In this document: piece after piece, positions 51,599 through 60,282 of the stretch
Position numbering within the stretch: position 1 is the stretch's first letter
How the letters are laid out: each line of letters opens with the position of its first letter
DNA from: Gemmatimonadota bacterium
GTDB lineage: Bacteria > JBHIER01 > G020348925
Assembly (NCBI GenBank): GCA_020348925.1
Contig: CP070758.1
Span: 2,619,688 to 2,683,687 of the forward strand
DNA: 64,000 nucleotides
Direction of reading: 5' to 3'
Translations under genes and position numbers: made by a program
The notes under the pieces: generated by a model
Seen by the model: only the letters and a program-made list of their open reading frames with translations
Told to the model about the DNA's origin: nothing
The model's database searches: none

Positions 51599-52960
51599 AT
51601 GAAGATCAAGGGTTTGTGGGTAGTTCTTTTGGTGGCTGTTCCAATGTGTGGGGCTCACGCGGAGTTGGCATTGGACGTCGCCTTTCCACATCTGTCTATC
51701 AATCGACCTGTCGATCTCCAAAATGCGGGTGACGGAAGTGACAGGATTTTTGTCGTCGAGCAGGCGGGAAGAATTCATGTCTTCGAGAATTCTCAGGACG
51801 TCCAGTCAACAGACATTTTCCTGGATATTCAGAATCGAGTCAACAGGTCAGGGAACGAGGAGGGTCTTTTGGGACTTGCCTTTCATCCCGACTATGAGCA
51901 TAATGGCTATTTCTACGTCGATTACACGGCTTCAAATCCCCGTCGCACGGTGATTGCCCGCTACACTGTCTCCGGTACGGATCCGGATGTGGCCGATGTT
52001 AATAGCGAGATCGTTCTGTTAGAAATCGAACAGCCCTTCAGCAATCACAACGGCGGTCAGATATCCTTCGGACCCGACGGCTATCTGTACATATCCGTTG
52101 GTGACGGTGGTGCGGCTGGTGATCCTCAGGGTAACGGTCAGAACCTTCAAACCTTACTCGGAGCAATTCTTCGGATAGACGTGGACAATCCCGATATAGG
52201 ATTCAATTACAGTATACCCAGTGACAATCCTTTTGCACATAATCAATTTGGCTATGCCGAGGAAATTTATGCTTACGGTCTCCGAAATCCCTGGCGCTTC
52301 TCCTTCGATTCTGAAACCGGCTGGTTGTGGGCGGCTGACGTTGGTCAAAACACCATCGAGGAAATCGATATCATAGAGAAGGGGAAGAACTACGGCTGGG
52401 ATATAATGGAAGGAAGCGCATGTTTTGAACCACCTTCAAATTGTGATACAACTGGCCTTACCTTTCCCATCTGGGAATACGATCACAGTCTTGGACAGTC
52501 CATAACCGGAGGGTTCGTGTATCGCGGGACCAGCACACCCCAGTTGACAGGGAAATATCTGTACGCAGATTATGTCACAGGTCGGATCTGGTCATTACAG
52601 TATGATGGGCAAAATCCTCCCTCCAACACCGAGCTCTTCGATACGGATCTCAATATCTCCTCCTTTGGCGTGGATGAGGATAATGAGCTTTACTTCTGCG
52701 CCTTTGATGGTAGTATCTATAAAATTTCCTCCTCGTCATGCATGTCCAAAGGTGACGCCAACGGTGATTGTGCCTTCGATGTTCTTGATGCACTTATGGT
52801 AGTAAATGTTATTTTGGATGCTGTAGATCCCACACCAGACCAATTCTGGTCAGCCGATTGCAACGGACCGGAGGGGAATTGCGACGGCGATGGTCAGGTC
52901 GATGTTTTGGATGCGCTCAAAATTGTTAATCTGATTTTAGGCTTGGCTGAGTGTCCGTAG
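51599..52960 (+). CDS. PQQ-dependent sugar dehydrogenase (GSDH family) with C-terminal dockerin, no CTD
   Basis: EEGLLGLAFHP, NHNGG, FGPDGYLY, GDGG, GLRNPWR, DVGQ, NYGW, SITGG; GDANGDCAFDVLD..DGDGQVDVLD. Confidence 0.92.
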   Translation: MKIKGLWVVLLVAVPMCGAHAELALDVAFPHLSINRPVDLQNAGDGSDRIFVVEQAGRIHVFENSQDVQSTDIFLDIQNRVNRSGNEEGLLGLAFHPDYEHNGYFYVDYTASNPRRTVIARYTVSGTDPDVADVNSEIVLLEIEQPFSNHNGGQISFGPDGYLYISVGDGGAAGDPQGNGQNLQTLLGAILRIDVDNPDIGFNYSIPSDNPFAHNQFGYAEEIYAYGLRNPWRFSFDSETGWLWAADVGQNTIEEIDIIEKGKNYGWDIMEGSACFEPPSNCDTTGLTFPIWEYDHSLGQSITGGFVYRGTSTPQLTGKYLYADYVTGRIWSLQYDGQNPPSNTELFDTDLNISSFGVDEDNELYFCAFDGSIYKISSSSCMSKGDANGDCAFDVLDALMVVNVILDAVDPTPDQFWSADCNGPEGNCDGDGQVDVLDALKIVNLILGLAECP

Positions 52961-53234
52961 GAGTTTGAGTAATAAAGTGCCGACACCTTTTGATCTCTGA
53001 ATTATGCATTAAATCTCTTTGATGTTAGGCAAATATGACGCTTTCAACAGATTAAAATGATTCGGATTTTCAACTCAACTTGTAATGATCGGGCCTTCTG
53101 AACAAAGGGAGAGGAGTATTCCCCGAAAGATCGGGAAATCCTGAGAAGAGGTTAAATGGAGAGGAAAAGGAGATCGTCCTGAGAGCAAAGGAGTGACCGT
53201 TGAGATTGATATAATGCTGTCTAAGGAGGAAAAT

Positions 53235-53945
53235 ATGAGAAGTATACCAAGTATCACGCTGGTAATAATAATTACAGGATTTCTGCTTTTTTCAATTGCG
53301 ATCCAGGACATTCAAGCCGAGGTTGGTGTGGGTGATCAAGCCCCGGAGTTTACACTGACCGATCTCGACGGGAACACCGTTTCCCTGTCCGATTTTACCG
53401 GTCAGGTCGTCTTTCTCAACTTTTTGGGTTATGGTTGAGGGTTCTGTCGGGCGGTGGCACCGTCCATCGAACAGAACGTCTGGCGAGCTTATCAAAACAG
53501 GGAGTTTCAAGCCATAGGTATTGATCTGTGGAATGGTTCGATTCAACAGGTGAGATCGCAATATCAACAACCGTACAATATTACATATCCAATTTTGATC
53601 AACGGTAGTCTGTTGGGTGAAACATATGGTGTTTCTCAGGACTATTATTTTATCGTTGACAAGGGAGGAATTGTCCAGTATCGATCCACCGGCGGCTTGG
53701 GTCAGCGTTATGATGAGGATACCGTTACTGACATCATTGAGGGACTGCTTGATGATTGCAAGAAAGCTGATGTTGACCTGAACGGTGAGATAGACGTTCT
53801 GGACATTCTTCTGGCGGTCAATTTCATCCTCGAACAGACCGATCCGAATTCCACTCAATTTTGTGCGGCGGACTTCAACGATGACGGCAATATCGATATT
53901 CTCGATCTCTTGGGTATTGTTGGAGAAATTCTTGAAGGTCTGTAA
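53235..53945 (+). CDS. Putative secreted selenoprotein: AhpC/TSA-TlpA redoxin with UxxC motif + dockerin; in-frame TGA 53436-53438
   Basis: RBS AAGGAGG, signal peptide, VGDQAPEFTLTDLDG..VVFLNFLGYG*GFC; same-frame continuation to ADVDLNGEIDVLD/ADFNDDGNIDILD. Confidence 0.85.
53441..53477 (+). promoter_or_regulatory. Candidate bacterial SECIS element
   Basis: Lower stem GTTCTGT/ACAGAAC, upper stem GGGCGGT-[GGC]-ACCGTCC; loop starts after 17 nt following the TGA. Confidence 0.7.
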
Positions 53946-54069
53946 GTATGGCGAACATTGGCTTTCTGCATTTAGAAAATGTGCACCTATGGGGTGTGAA
54001 TAATGAAAATATGTACTATACGTACTCCGTTACCAAATCATTATGGATTCTGAACATTAAACAATTACT

Positions 54070-54636
54070 TTGATGAATCAGTCTTTTCGAATGTGGAGGA
54101 ACTCACTCGTGACCGGTAGAAAAACAGTACTATTTCTCCTCTCTCTCCTCTTATTGGGTTGTGTATCTGCTTCATACGGTGATACTGAAAAAGCGCCCGA
54201 TTTTAATCTGCTCACTATTGAGGGGGAAAAGGTGAAGTTGAAGGATTTACTGGGAAAAGGTCCCATCTTGATCGACTTTTGGGCCACCTGGTGCAAGCCG
54301 TGTATAAAGTATTTACCCAAGTTACAAGATTTGTACAAGGAATATGGGGAGAAAGGTTTCATGGTTTTGGCCATCAACGAGGACGGACCCCGGAACCTTT
54401 CCAAGGTGAAACCTTTTGTCAATTCCTTGGGACTTCAGTTTCCGATTCTTTTGGATAAGAACTCGCAGGTTCTGCGTCGCTTCCGGGGTTTCGGCATACC
54501 TATATCCGTACTCGTCAATCCGGAGGGTGAGATTGTTCGCGTACATCGGGGTTACAGGCCTGGTGATGAAAAAATGTGGGTCGAAGAGATTGAGAAGCAT
54601 TTGATCGTAAAGGAGCCCAAGGCCCAAATCCAGTAA
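54070..54636 (+). CDS. TlpA-family thiol-disulfide oxidoreductase
   Basis: APDF, IDFWATWCKPC, GIP; N-terminal signal; start uncertain. Confidence 0.92.
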   Translation: MMNQSFRMWRNSLVTGRKTVLFLLSLLLLGCVSASYGDTEKAPDFNLLTIEGEKVKLKDLLGKGPILIDFWATWCKPCIKYLPKLQDLYKEYGEKGFMVLAINEDGPRNLSKVKPFVNSLGLQFPILLDKNSQVLRRFRGFGIPISVLVNPEGEIVRVHRGYRPGDEKMWVEEIEKHLIVKEPKAQIQ

Positions 54637-54646
54637 GGTATTCTTT

Positions 54647-56206
54647 TTGAGAAGTACACTCCGTTCAATTAAGTTTATCGCATTAACCTGGATATTTCTG
54701 TTATTGAGTTGGCGTGGAGCGCTCGGTCAATTGGCTGTGTCCAACTTAGCGGAGTATCAATTAGGAAACCTGCCCCACACAGATCCTCCAACCCTCACTA
54801 CCCTTTATGATCAACTCAATGTCGATTATTATTACCAAAATATCCTTCTCGGTTTGAGGTTGGAATCTTTTCGGGCTTCGGAATTGGATCGCAAATTCTT
54901 CGAGGTCACCCAGAAATATATGGAGGCACAAACGGATCATCTTTCGTTAAGAATAGGCAACTTTTATGCCATACTGGGCAGGGGTATTGTGCTGAGGGCT
55001 TTTGAGTTGCCCGGAGTGGTTCTTGAAGATCAGGTCTACAGAAGGAGGTACAGCTTCTCTCGGGATTTAGAGGGAGTGTTGTTGAAGGGAATGTGGCGAA
55101 AAAGTGAATTCACGCTCCTGCGGGGTGAGCCATTGGACAGCAGTCTTCCACCGGGTGTGGAGAACCTGGAAAGAAGACAGAGACTGGTTGAGGGAGGGGA
55201 GCTGCGACTGAGGCCATGGAATTGGCTTACTCTCGGTGGCACCTATGTGAGACTGAATAAAAACGAAGGCCATCAGGAGGTGGCTTCCGCCTTCTGGGGC
55301 GGTTCCCTTCGATCGCTGGTGGAAATCTTGAAGGTGAAAGACATGGACCTTGACTTCTACGGTGAATATGCCCAGGTTCAGGGGGAGCTGAGCTCATTCT
55401 TGAGTCTTGAAGCAGACCAGCCTCATGCTTTGTATCTCTCTTTCAACTTTCTGTTCAGGAACCTCGGTCTGAGCATAGAATACAAAGACTATCAATCCTT
55501 CGACTTGGGCATCAACGACCCACCCTATTTGGTCAAAGAACATAATTTGACGCTCTTGAATCGTTCAACTCACATTCTTTTGCCTCAAAATGAGCGAGGC
55601 TACCAAATCGAAGGCAATTACAAGATAAGCAGTTATGCAAATGCGGTCTTCAACGTGAGCCGCGCCGTCAATGATCTCCTCGGTAGAGAAACGAAATTTG
55701 AGGAAAGATACGGGGAGATTTTGATGAATTTCAAACCGAATGTGTCTACTACGCTCTTTTATGATCATGGGAAAGACGAATTTGATTTCATTAAAGATAG
55801 AGATACATGGGGAAGCACCGTGGAATGGCAACCGGATTATGCCTACGGTTTGAAATTGGATTTTCAATGTCAGAGAGTGACACGCTCTTTCACTTCGGAT
55901 AAAGAAGAGGTTTTTCGGAATCATTTTCTCTCACTCTCGTTCTCAAAATCGCCGCAGGTCATATTCTCTCTTATCGGGGAAAAATCCACCGATCCTTTTG
56001 AGACTGACGATAAGGAGACTGTTGATATTCTTGAGGATGATCCGGAATATTGGCTTGGTGTAAACGTCAATTACCAGATCAGCGTGGAGCATGAGCTCAA
56101 TCTCTTCTACGGTGACCGCAGGGGCGGTCCCGCATGCAATGCAGGTACATGTTATGAGGTCTTGCCCTTTGAGGGATTAGAGATGAGGTTGGTAAGTCGT
56201 TTTTGA
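54647..56206 (+). CDS. DUF6029-like outer-membrane beta-barrel protein
   Basis: Signal peptide; GNFY..GRG..LR, EYKDY, NDPP..KEH, RRGGPACNAGTCY..PFEG; terminal Phe. Confidence 0.75.
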   Translation: MRSTLRSIKFIALTWIFLLLSWRGALGQLAVSNLAEYQLGNLPHTDPPTLTTLYDQLNVDYYYQNILLGLRLESFRASELDRKFFEVTQKYMEAQTDHLSLRIGNFYAILGRGIVLRAFELPGVVLEDQVYRRRYSFSRDLEGVLLKGMWRKSEFTLLRGEPLDSSLPPGVENLERRQRLVEGGELRLRPWNWLTLGGTYVRLNKNEGHQEVASAFWGGSLRSLVEILKVKDMDLDFYGEYAQVQGELSSFLSLEADQPHALYLSFNFLFRNLGLSIEYKDYQSFDLGINDPPYLVKEHNLTLLNRSTHILLPQNERGYQIEGNYKISSYANAVFNVSRAVNDLLGRETKFEERYGEILMNFKPNVSTTLFYDHGKDEFDFIKDRDTWGSTVEWQPDYAYGLKLDFQCQRVTRSFTSDKEEVFRNHFLSLSFSKSPQVIFSLIGEKSTDPFETDDKETVDILEDDPEYWLGVNVNYQISVEHELNLFYGDRRGGPACNAGTCYEVLPFEGLEMRLVSRF

Positions 56207-56270
56207 GCGATCCTGGGAAAAATAGAGGGAAAGTGAAGGAACGGTTTATACTATTTTAAAAATTTCTTTT

Positions 56271-56284
56271 TTGACTCGGGTCAA
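56271..56284. promoter_or_regulatory. Crp/Fnr (HcpR-type) binding box
   Basis: TTGAC-TCGG-GTCAA; -10-like TACCTT at 56307. Confidence 0.78.
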
Positions 56285-56418
56285 AGAATTCTATGTTTTT
56301 TTGAGATACCTTTCAGCATAAGCAGAATGTGATAGCACGCTCGCTGAACCTCTACAAATTTTGAGGATCAGCAAGACTGAGGAGAAAATCGAAGATATTC
56401 ATTTTAAGAAGGTTGGAA

Positions 56419-57144
56419 ATGGTAAAGAGAAAGATTGTCGAAATTGACGGGGAGAAAAGTACAGGTTGCGGGTTGTGCATACCGGCCTGTCCTGAGGGAG
56501 CTATTCAGCTTGTCGATGGTAAAGCCCGGTTGATAAGCGACATTTATTGCGATGGATTGGGTGCATGCCTTGGTGAGTGTCCTGAGGATGCGATTACTAT
56601 CATAGAACAGGAAGCTGAAGCGTTCGATGAAGAGGCGATGAAGCTCCATTTGCTGGAAATGGAGGAGAAACAGATCCCTCCAGCTCCTGAATTCAGTGGC
56701 TGTCCGGGGTCAAGAGTTATGGAGTGGAAAAGCGAGCGTGAGGCTCCTTGGTCGGGAAAGGAAGTGCCTCCGGTGCAATCGGAATTGCGACAGTGGCCTG
56801 TCCAATTGATGTTGGTGAATCCTGAGGCACAGTACTTTGAAAATGCGGATCTCGCCATAGTCGCAGACTGCGTCCCCTTTGCCTACGCCAGTTTCCACCA
56901 GGATTTCCTAAAGGATACTTCCATCGTTGTCGGCTGTCCGAAGCTCGATGACCTCGGTTTCTATCAACAGAAACTGGCACAAATTTTTAGTATGAACAAT
57001 ATCAAGAGCGTCACCACCGTTATAATGGAAGTCCCCTGCTGTGCCGGATTGAGCCATGCGGTGCAACAGGCCATCGCCGAATCGGGGAAGGATATTCCCT
57101 ATGAAAAGGTTGTTATCGGGATTAAGGGAAATCGGCACTCCTGA
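56419..57144 (+). CDS. 4Fe-4S ferredoxin-like protein of the type usually linked to hcp (FrdX-like)
   Basis: GCGLC..ACPE, YCDGLGACLGECP, GCPGS, SELRQWPVQL, ADC, GCPKLDD, MEVPCC. Confidence 0.88.
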   Translation: MVKRKIVEIDGEKSTGCGLCIPACPEGAIQLVDGKARLISDIYCDGLGACLGECPEDAITIIEQEAEAFDEEAMKLHLLEMEEKQIPPAPEFSGCPGSRVMEWKSEREAPWSGKEVPPVQSELRQWPVQLMLVNPEAQYFENADLAIVADCVPFAYASFHQDFLKDTSIVVGCPKLDDLGFYQQKLAQIFSMNNIKSVTTVIMEVPCCAGLSHAVQQAIAESGKDIPYEKVVIGIKGNRHS

Positions 57145-57428
57145 AACTTTTCGTCTTGCCCAGAACTATTCCAATCCCTTTAATCCAACAACAGATATCA
57201 GATATCAGATATCAGATTGCAGATAGCAGATCTTCAGTTCATATCACCTTGAAAATTTTCAATCTTCTTGGGCAGGAGGTGCGGACGCTGGTCAATGAGA
57301 TACGGGAACCTGGTTACTATTCCGTGACGTGAGATGGTCGCGGTTATGCACTTGCCAGCAGTATCTATTTCTACCGCCTGAATGCTGAGGATTACTCTGT
57401 TACGAAACGTATGATCCTGATGAAATGA
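57140..57428 (+). pseudogene. Orphan decayed CTD remnant
   Basis: PETFRLAQNYSNPFNP, frameshift by an extra 7-mer, Trp-to-TGA at 57330, ends KRMILMK*. Confidence 0.8.
57192..57233 (+). repeat. 7-bp tandem repeat CAGAT(AT) x6 (three perfect, three degenerate)
   Basis: cagatat cagatat cagatat cagattg cagatag cagatct. Confidence 0.85.
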
Positions 57429-57574
57429 ACAGGGGCGGATATGGAATGATGATGGTCGATACAAATAAGTGAAAGATCATGTTGAAAGTTCCCAGACAAT
57501 CGAAACATGTGCATACGCGGGCACAGAAAACTTTATTTAACCTGCTTATTTCATGAACTGGCATTGCGGCTGGA

Positions 57575-57657
57575 GCTTGTCCCGGGATGTCGAAATCTCC
57601 TCGACCATTGAAACAGATTCTCTATTCGGGAGATTCCGGGAGAAATCGGGAATGACA
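57575..57657 (+). repeat. REP-like palindromic dispersed element, copy 2
   Basis: GCTTGTCCCGGGATGTCGAAATCTCCTCG...GAGATTCCGG...GGAATGACA. Confidence 0.6.
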
Positions 57658-57983
57658 GAGTCTCTCATCATTAAAAATGCCATGAAACGTGGTTCGAAAA
57701 CAGTGTTCATTTTAAATCTTTATATACATTGTAGTTGTATATGAATTGATCACACTCTCTTCATCCTCCGTTTTTTCGTTCAATCCGTTGAATTTTGAAC
57801 AATGAGACATTACGTTTAACAACATTTCCTGTAACCATATAGAGAAACTACTCGTAGAGTACTGCCAGATTTTGAACAAAATTNNNNNNNNNNNNNNNNN
57901 NNNNNNNNNNNNNNNNNNNNNNNNNNNNNNNNNNNNNNNNNNNNNNNNNNNNNNNNNNNNNNNNNNNNNNNNNNNNNNNNNNN

Positions 57984-58443
57984 ATTAGTCTGGGCTATTG
58001 TCGGTTATACCGTAATTGCTGCGCCTATTGATACTTTTCTATTGAGCCATGTATTTCATTGGTTCCCAGATCAGTTACAATTGAATGAGATAATTACGAA
58101 TTTATCCCTCTATTCAAAGAGCACCCTGCTTCTAACGCTTGTCCTGGGATTTCTGGTTAATGGAATTTTTGGCCCGAGTGTGGAAGTGCTTTATTTTAGA
58201 GGTTTTTTACTCCCCCGCATTTCGAGGTTTAAGAAATGGGCACCGTTTATAAACACAGTTTTATTTTCCGTATATCATTTCTTTACCCCCTGGCAGATAT
58301 TCAGTAGAATTATCGGTCTGATACCATTATTTTATGTGGTATGGTGGAAGAGGAATATGTATATAGGGATATGGGTGCATTGTTTGATGAATACCATTGC
58401 TACAATACTAATGGCTGTTACAGTAATAAATGCTTTATCTTAA
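57984..58443 (+). CDS. CPBP (CAAX protease/Abi) intramembrane protease, 5'-truncated
   Basis: GPSVEVLYFRG, LFSVYH, GIWVHCLMN. Confidence 0.8.
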
Positions 58444-58677
58444 ACACGAGAAGTATACTATGCCAATAAGCCCGACCAATAACATTGAAACGAGAACACT
58501 GTTCCTTTTTCTCTTCGGCGAAGTCTGAGAGAAGCCGAATTTGATGAGTGCGCGTTCTGTGAGACAAAATGAGTATGATGTCCCCGAATTACACGATCAG
58601 TTGTAAAAAGTGTCCCCTTAAAACATTTTCATATCATAATGAAGGGATCAAAAACATATCATGCAAAGGAGTTACAT

Positions 58678-60135
58678 ATGCAACGTAGTAAATTTCAACT
58701 CACGATAGTCCTGTTAGTCATTCTCTATGCAATTTCAGGATCATTCGCTCTTGCTTCTGAGACAGAACCCGTCATCGACGATCCCGACGTAAAGGCAGCG
58801 ATCGAGGTGTTCGATGCCTGGGTTCAGCACCGGCTGTATCAGGAGGAAATACCTGGCATGTCTGTCGGAATTGTTTACGATCAGGAGCTTATGTGGGCTA
58901 AGGGATATGGCTATGCCAATCTTGAAAGGAAGACACCTGCCACGCCATCAACCGCATACCGGATCGCGTCGCTGACCAAGCTTTTCACGGCAACGGCCAT
59001 ACTTCATCTTCGTGATGCGGGGAAACTGCAATTGGATGACCCGGTGGCAAAACATCTTGATTGGTTCCATCTGCATGATGAGTACAGCGACAGCCCGGTC
59101 ATCACCATTCGTCACCTTCTGACACATTCGTCCGGCCTGCCCCGCGAGTTCGAGGCGCTCTATTGGGATGACATGGAGTTCCCGGATCGAGAAACGTTGA
59201 TCAAGATGTTCCAGGAGTCTTCGACGATCCTTCCGCGTGAGTCGAAATTCAAGTATTCAAACGTCGCTTTCAATGTTTTAGGTTTTGTCGTTGAGGCTGT
59301 CTCTGGCCAATCGTACGCTAAGTACGTGACAAACCATATTCTGAACCCGCTGGGGATGACCTCGACATCGGTCACCCCGTCTTCTGAAATGTCTCATTTA
59401 GCAACGGGATATTATTCACGGAGACCGGGACGATCGAGAGAAATTGCACCTTTCTTTGACAAAAAGGCCGCGGTCGCATCGGGAAATATGGCTTCTACCG
59501 TTGAGGATCTGGCTAAATTCTTATCGCTGCAGTTCCGAGATGGTGCCGCCGGTGGTGCCCAGATCCTGAAAGGATCCACGCTGAAAGAGATGCACCGCCC
59601 CCACTGGCTTTATGATGACTGGAATGGCGGTCGCGGTCTGGGATGGGGTGTGGCTCGTGTCAGTGATCAGGTACGAATTCAACACGGGGGCTCTGTGCCC
59701 GGATTTAAATCAGCGATTTCCGCTGCACCTGCCGATAAATTCGGTGTTGTTGTCTTGACAAATGGTGATGACGGTAAGCCGGGAGAGATTACAGCACAAG
59801 CCTGGACACTTATTGCTCCGGTTGTCAGGAAGGCTACTGAAACCGAAGAAAAACCGGCTCAAGCCGATCCGTCCTGGATGAGATTTGTTGGAGCCTACGA
59901 ATGGAGCGATGGTTCCGTCATGCATGTCATGCTGCTCAACAACGAATTGTCCCTTGTCGATCCCGCAAGTGATGATCCGTGGGGGGATCGGGTCAGGCTC
60001 AAATATGTTTCGGGGAACACGTTTAAAATGCTCGATCAGTGGCAGGAGGGCGAGCTGATCAGGTTCGAAGAAAATGACGATAGAGAGGTGTCCGGAATCA
60101 TTATGCCGGGGTATTCGCTGCAGAGAAGGAGATGA
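58678..60135 (+). CDS. Secreted serine hydrolase, beta-lactamase class C/PBP-like
   Basis: ASLTK (SxxK), LLTHSSGL, YSN, HGG; RBS AAGGAG (ORF call begins 58639). Confidence 0.92.
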   Translation: MQRSKFQLTIVLLVILYAISGSFALASETEPVIDDPDVKAAIEVFDAWVQHRLYQEEIPGMSVGIVYDQELMWAKGYGYANLERKTPATPSTAYRIASLTKLFTATAILHLRDAGKLQLDDPVAKHLDWFHLHDEYSDSPVITIRHLLTHSSGLPREFEALYWDDMEFPDRETLIKMFQESSTILPRESKFKYSNVAFNVLGFVVEAVSGQSYAKYVTNHILNPLGMTSTSVTPSSEMSHLATGYYSRRPGRSREIAPFFDKKAAVASGNMASTVEDLAKFLSLQFRDGAAGGAQILKGSTLKEMHRPHWLYDDWNGGRGLGWGVARVSDQVRIQHGGSVPGFKSAISAAPADKFGVVVLTNGDDGKPGEITAQAWTLIAPVVRKATETEEKPAQADPSWMRFVGAYEWSDGSVMHVMLLNNELSLVDPASDDPWGDRVRLKYVSGNTFKMLDQWQEGELIRFEENDDREVSGIIMPGYSLQRRR

Positions 60136-60282
60136 AAAATCCGAATGCTTCGAGCTTGTCCTCAGTCGTAAGCCACATTTTTTTCTTTAATCTTGACATG
60201 AATTAAAAAAGATCAAGTTTGAAAAACGTATACTCCTTTCCATCCCCCGCATTGGATACATAGAGGATGATCGGGTCGGTGT

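Noticed and set aside
53100-53200. Glycine riboswitch
   Set aside because: GGAGA/CCGAA resemblance only; the conserved CUCUCAGG-type 3' elements are absent
57330-57332. Sec codon in the orphan CTD
   Set aside because: Replaces the conserved Trp of WDG in a fragment with other lesions
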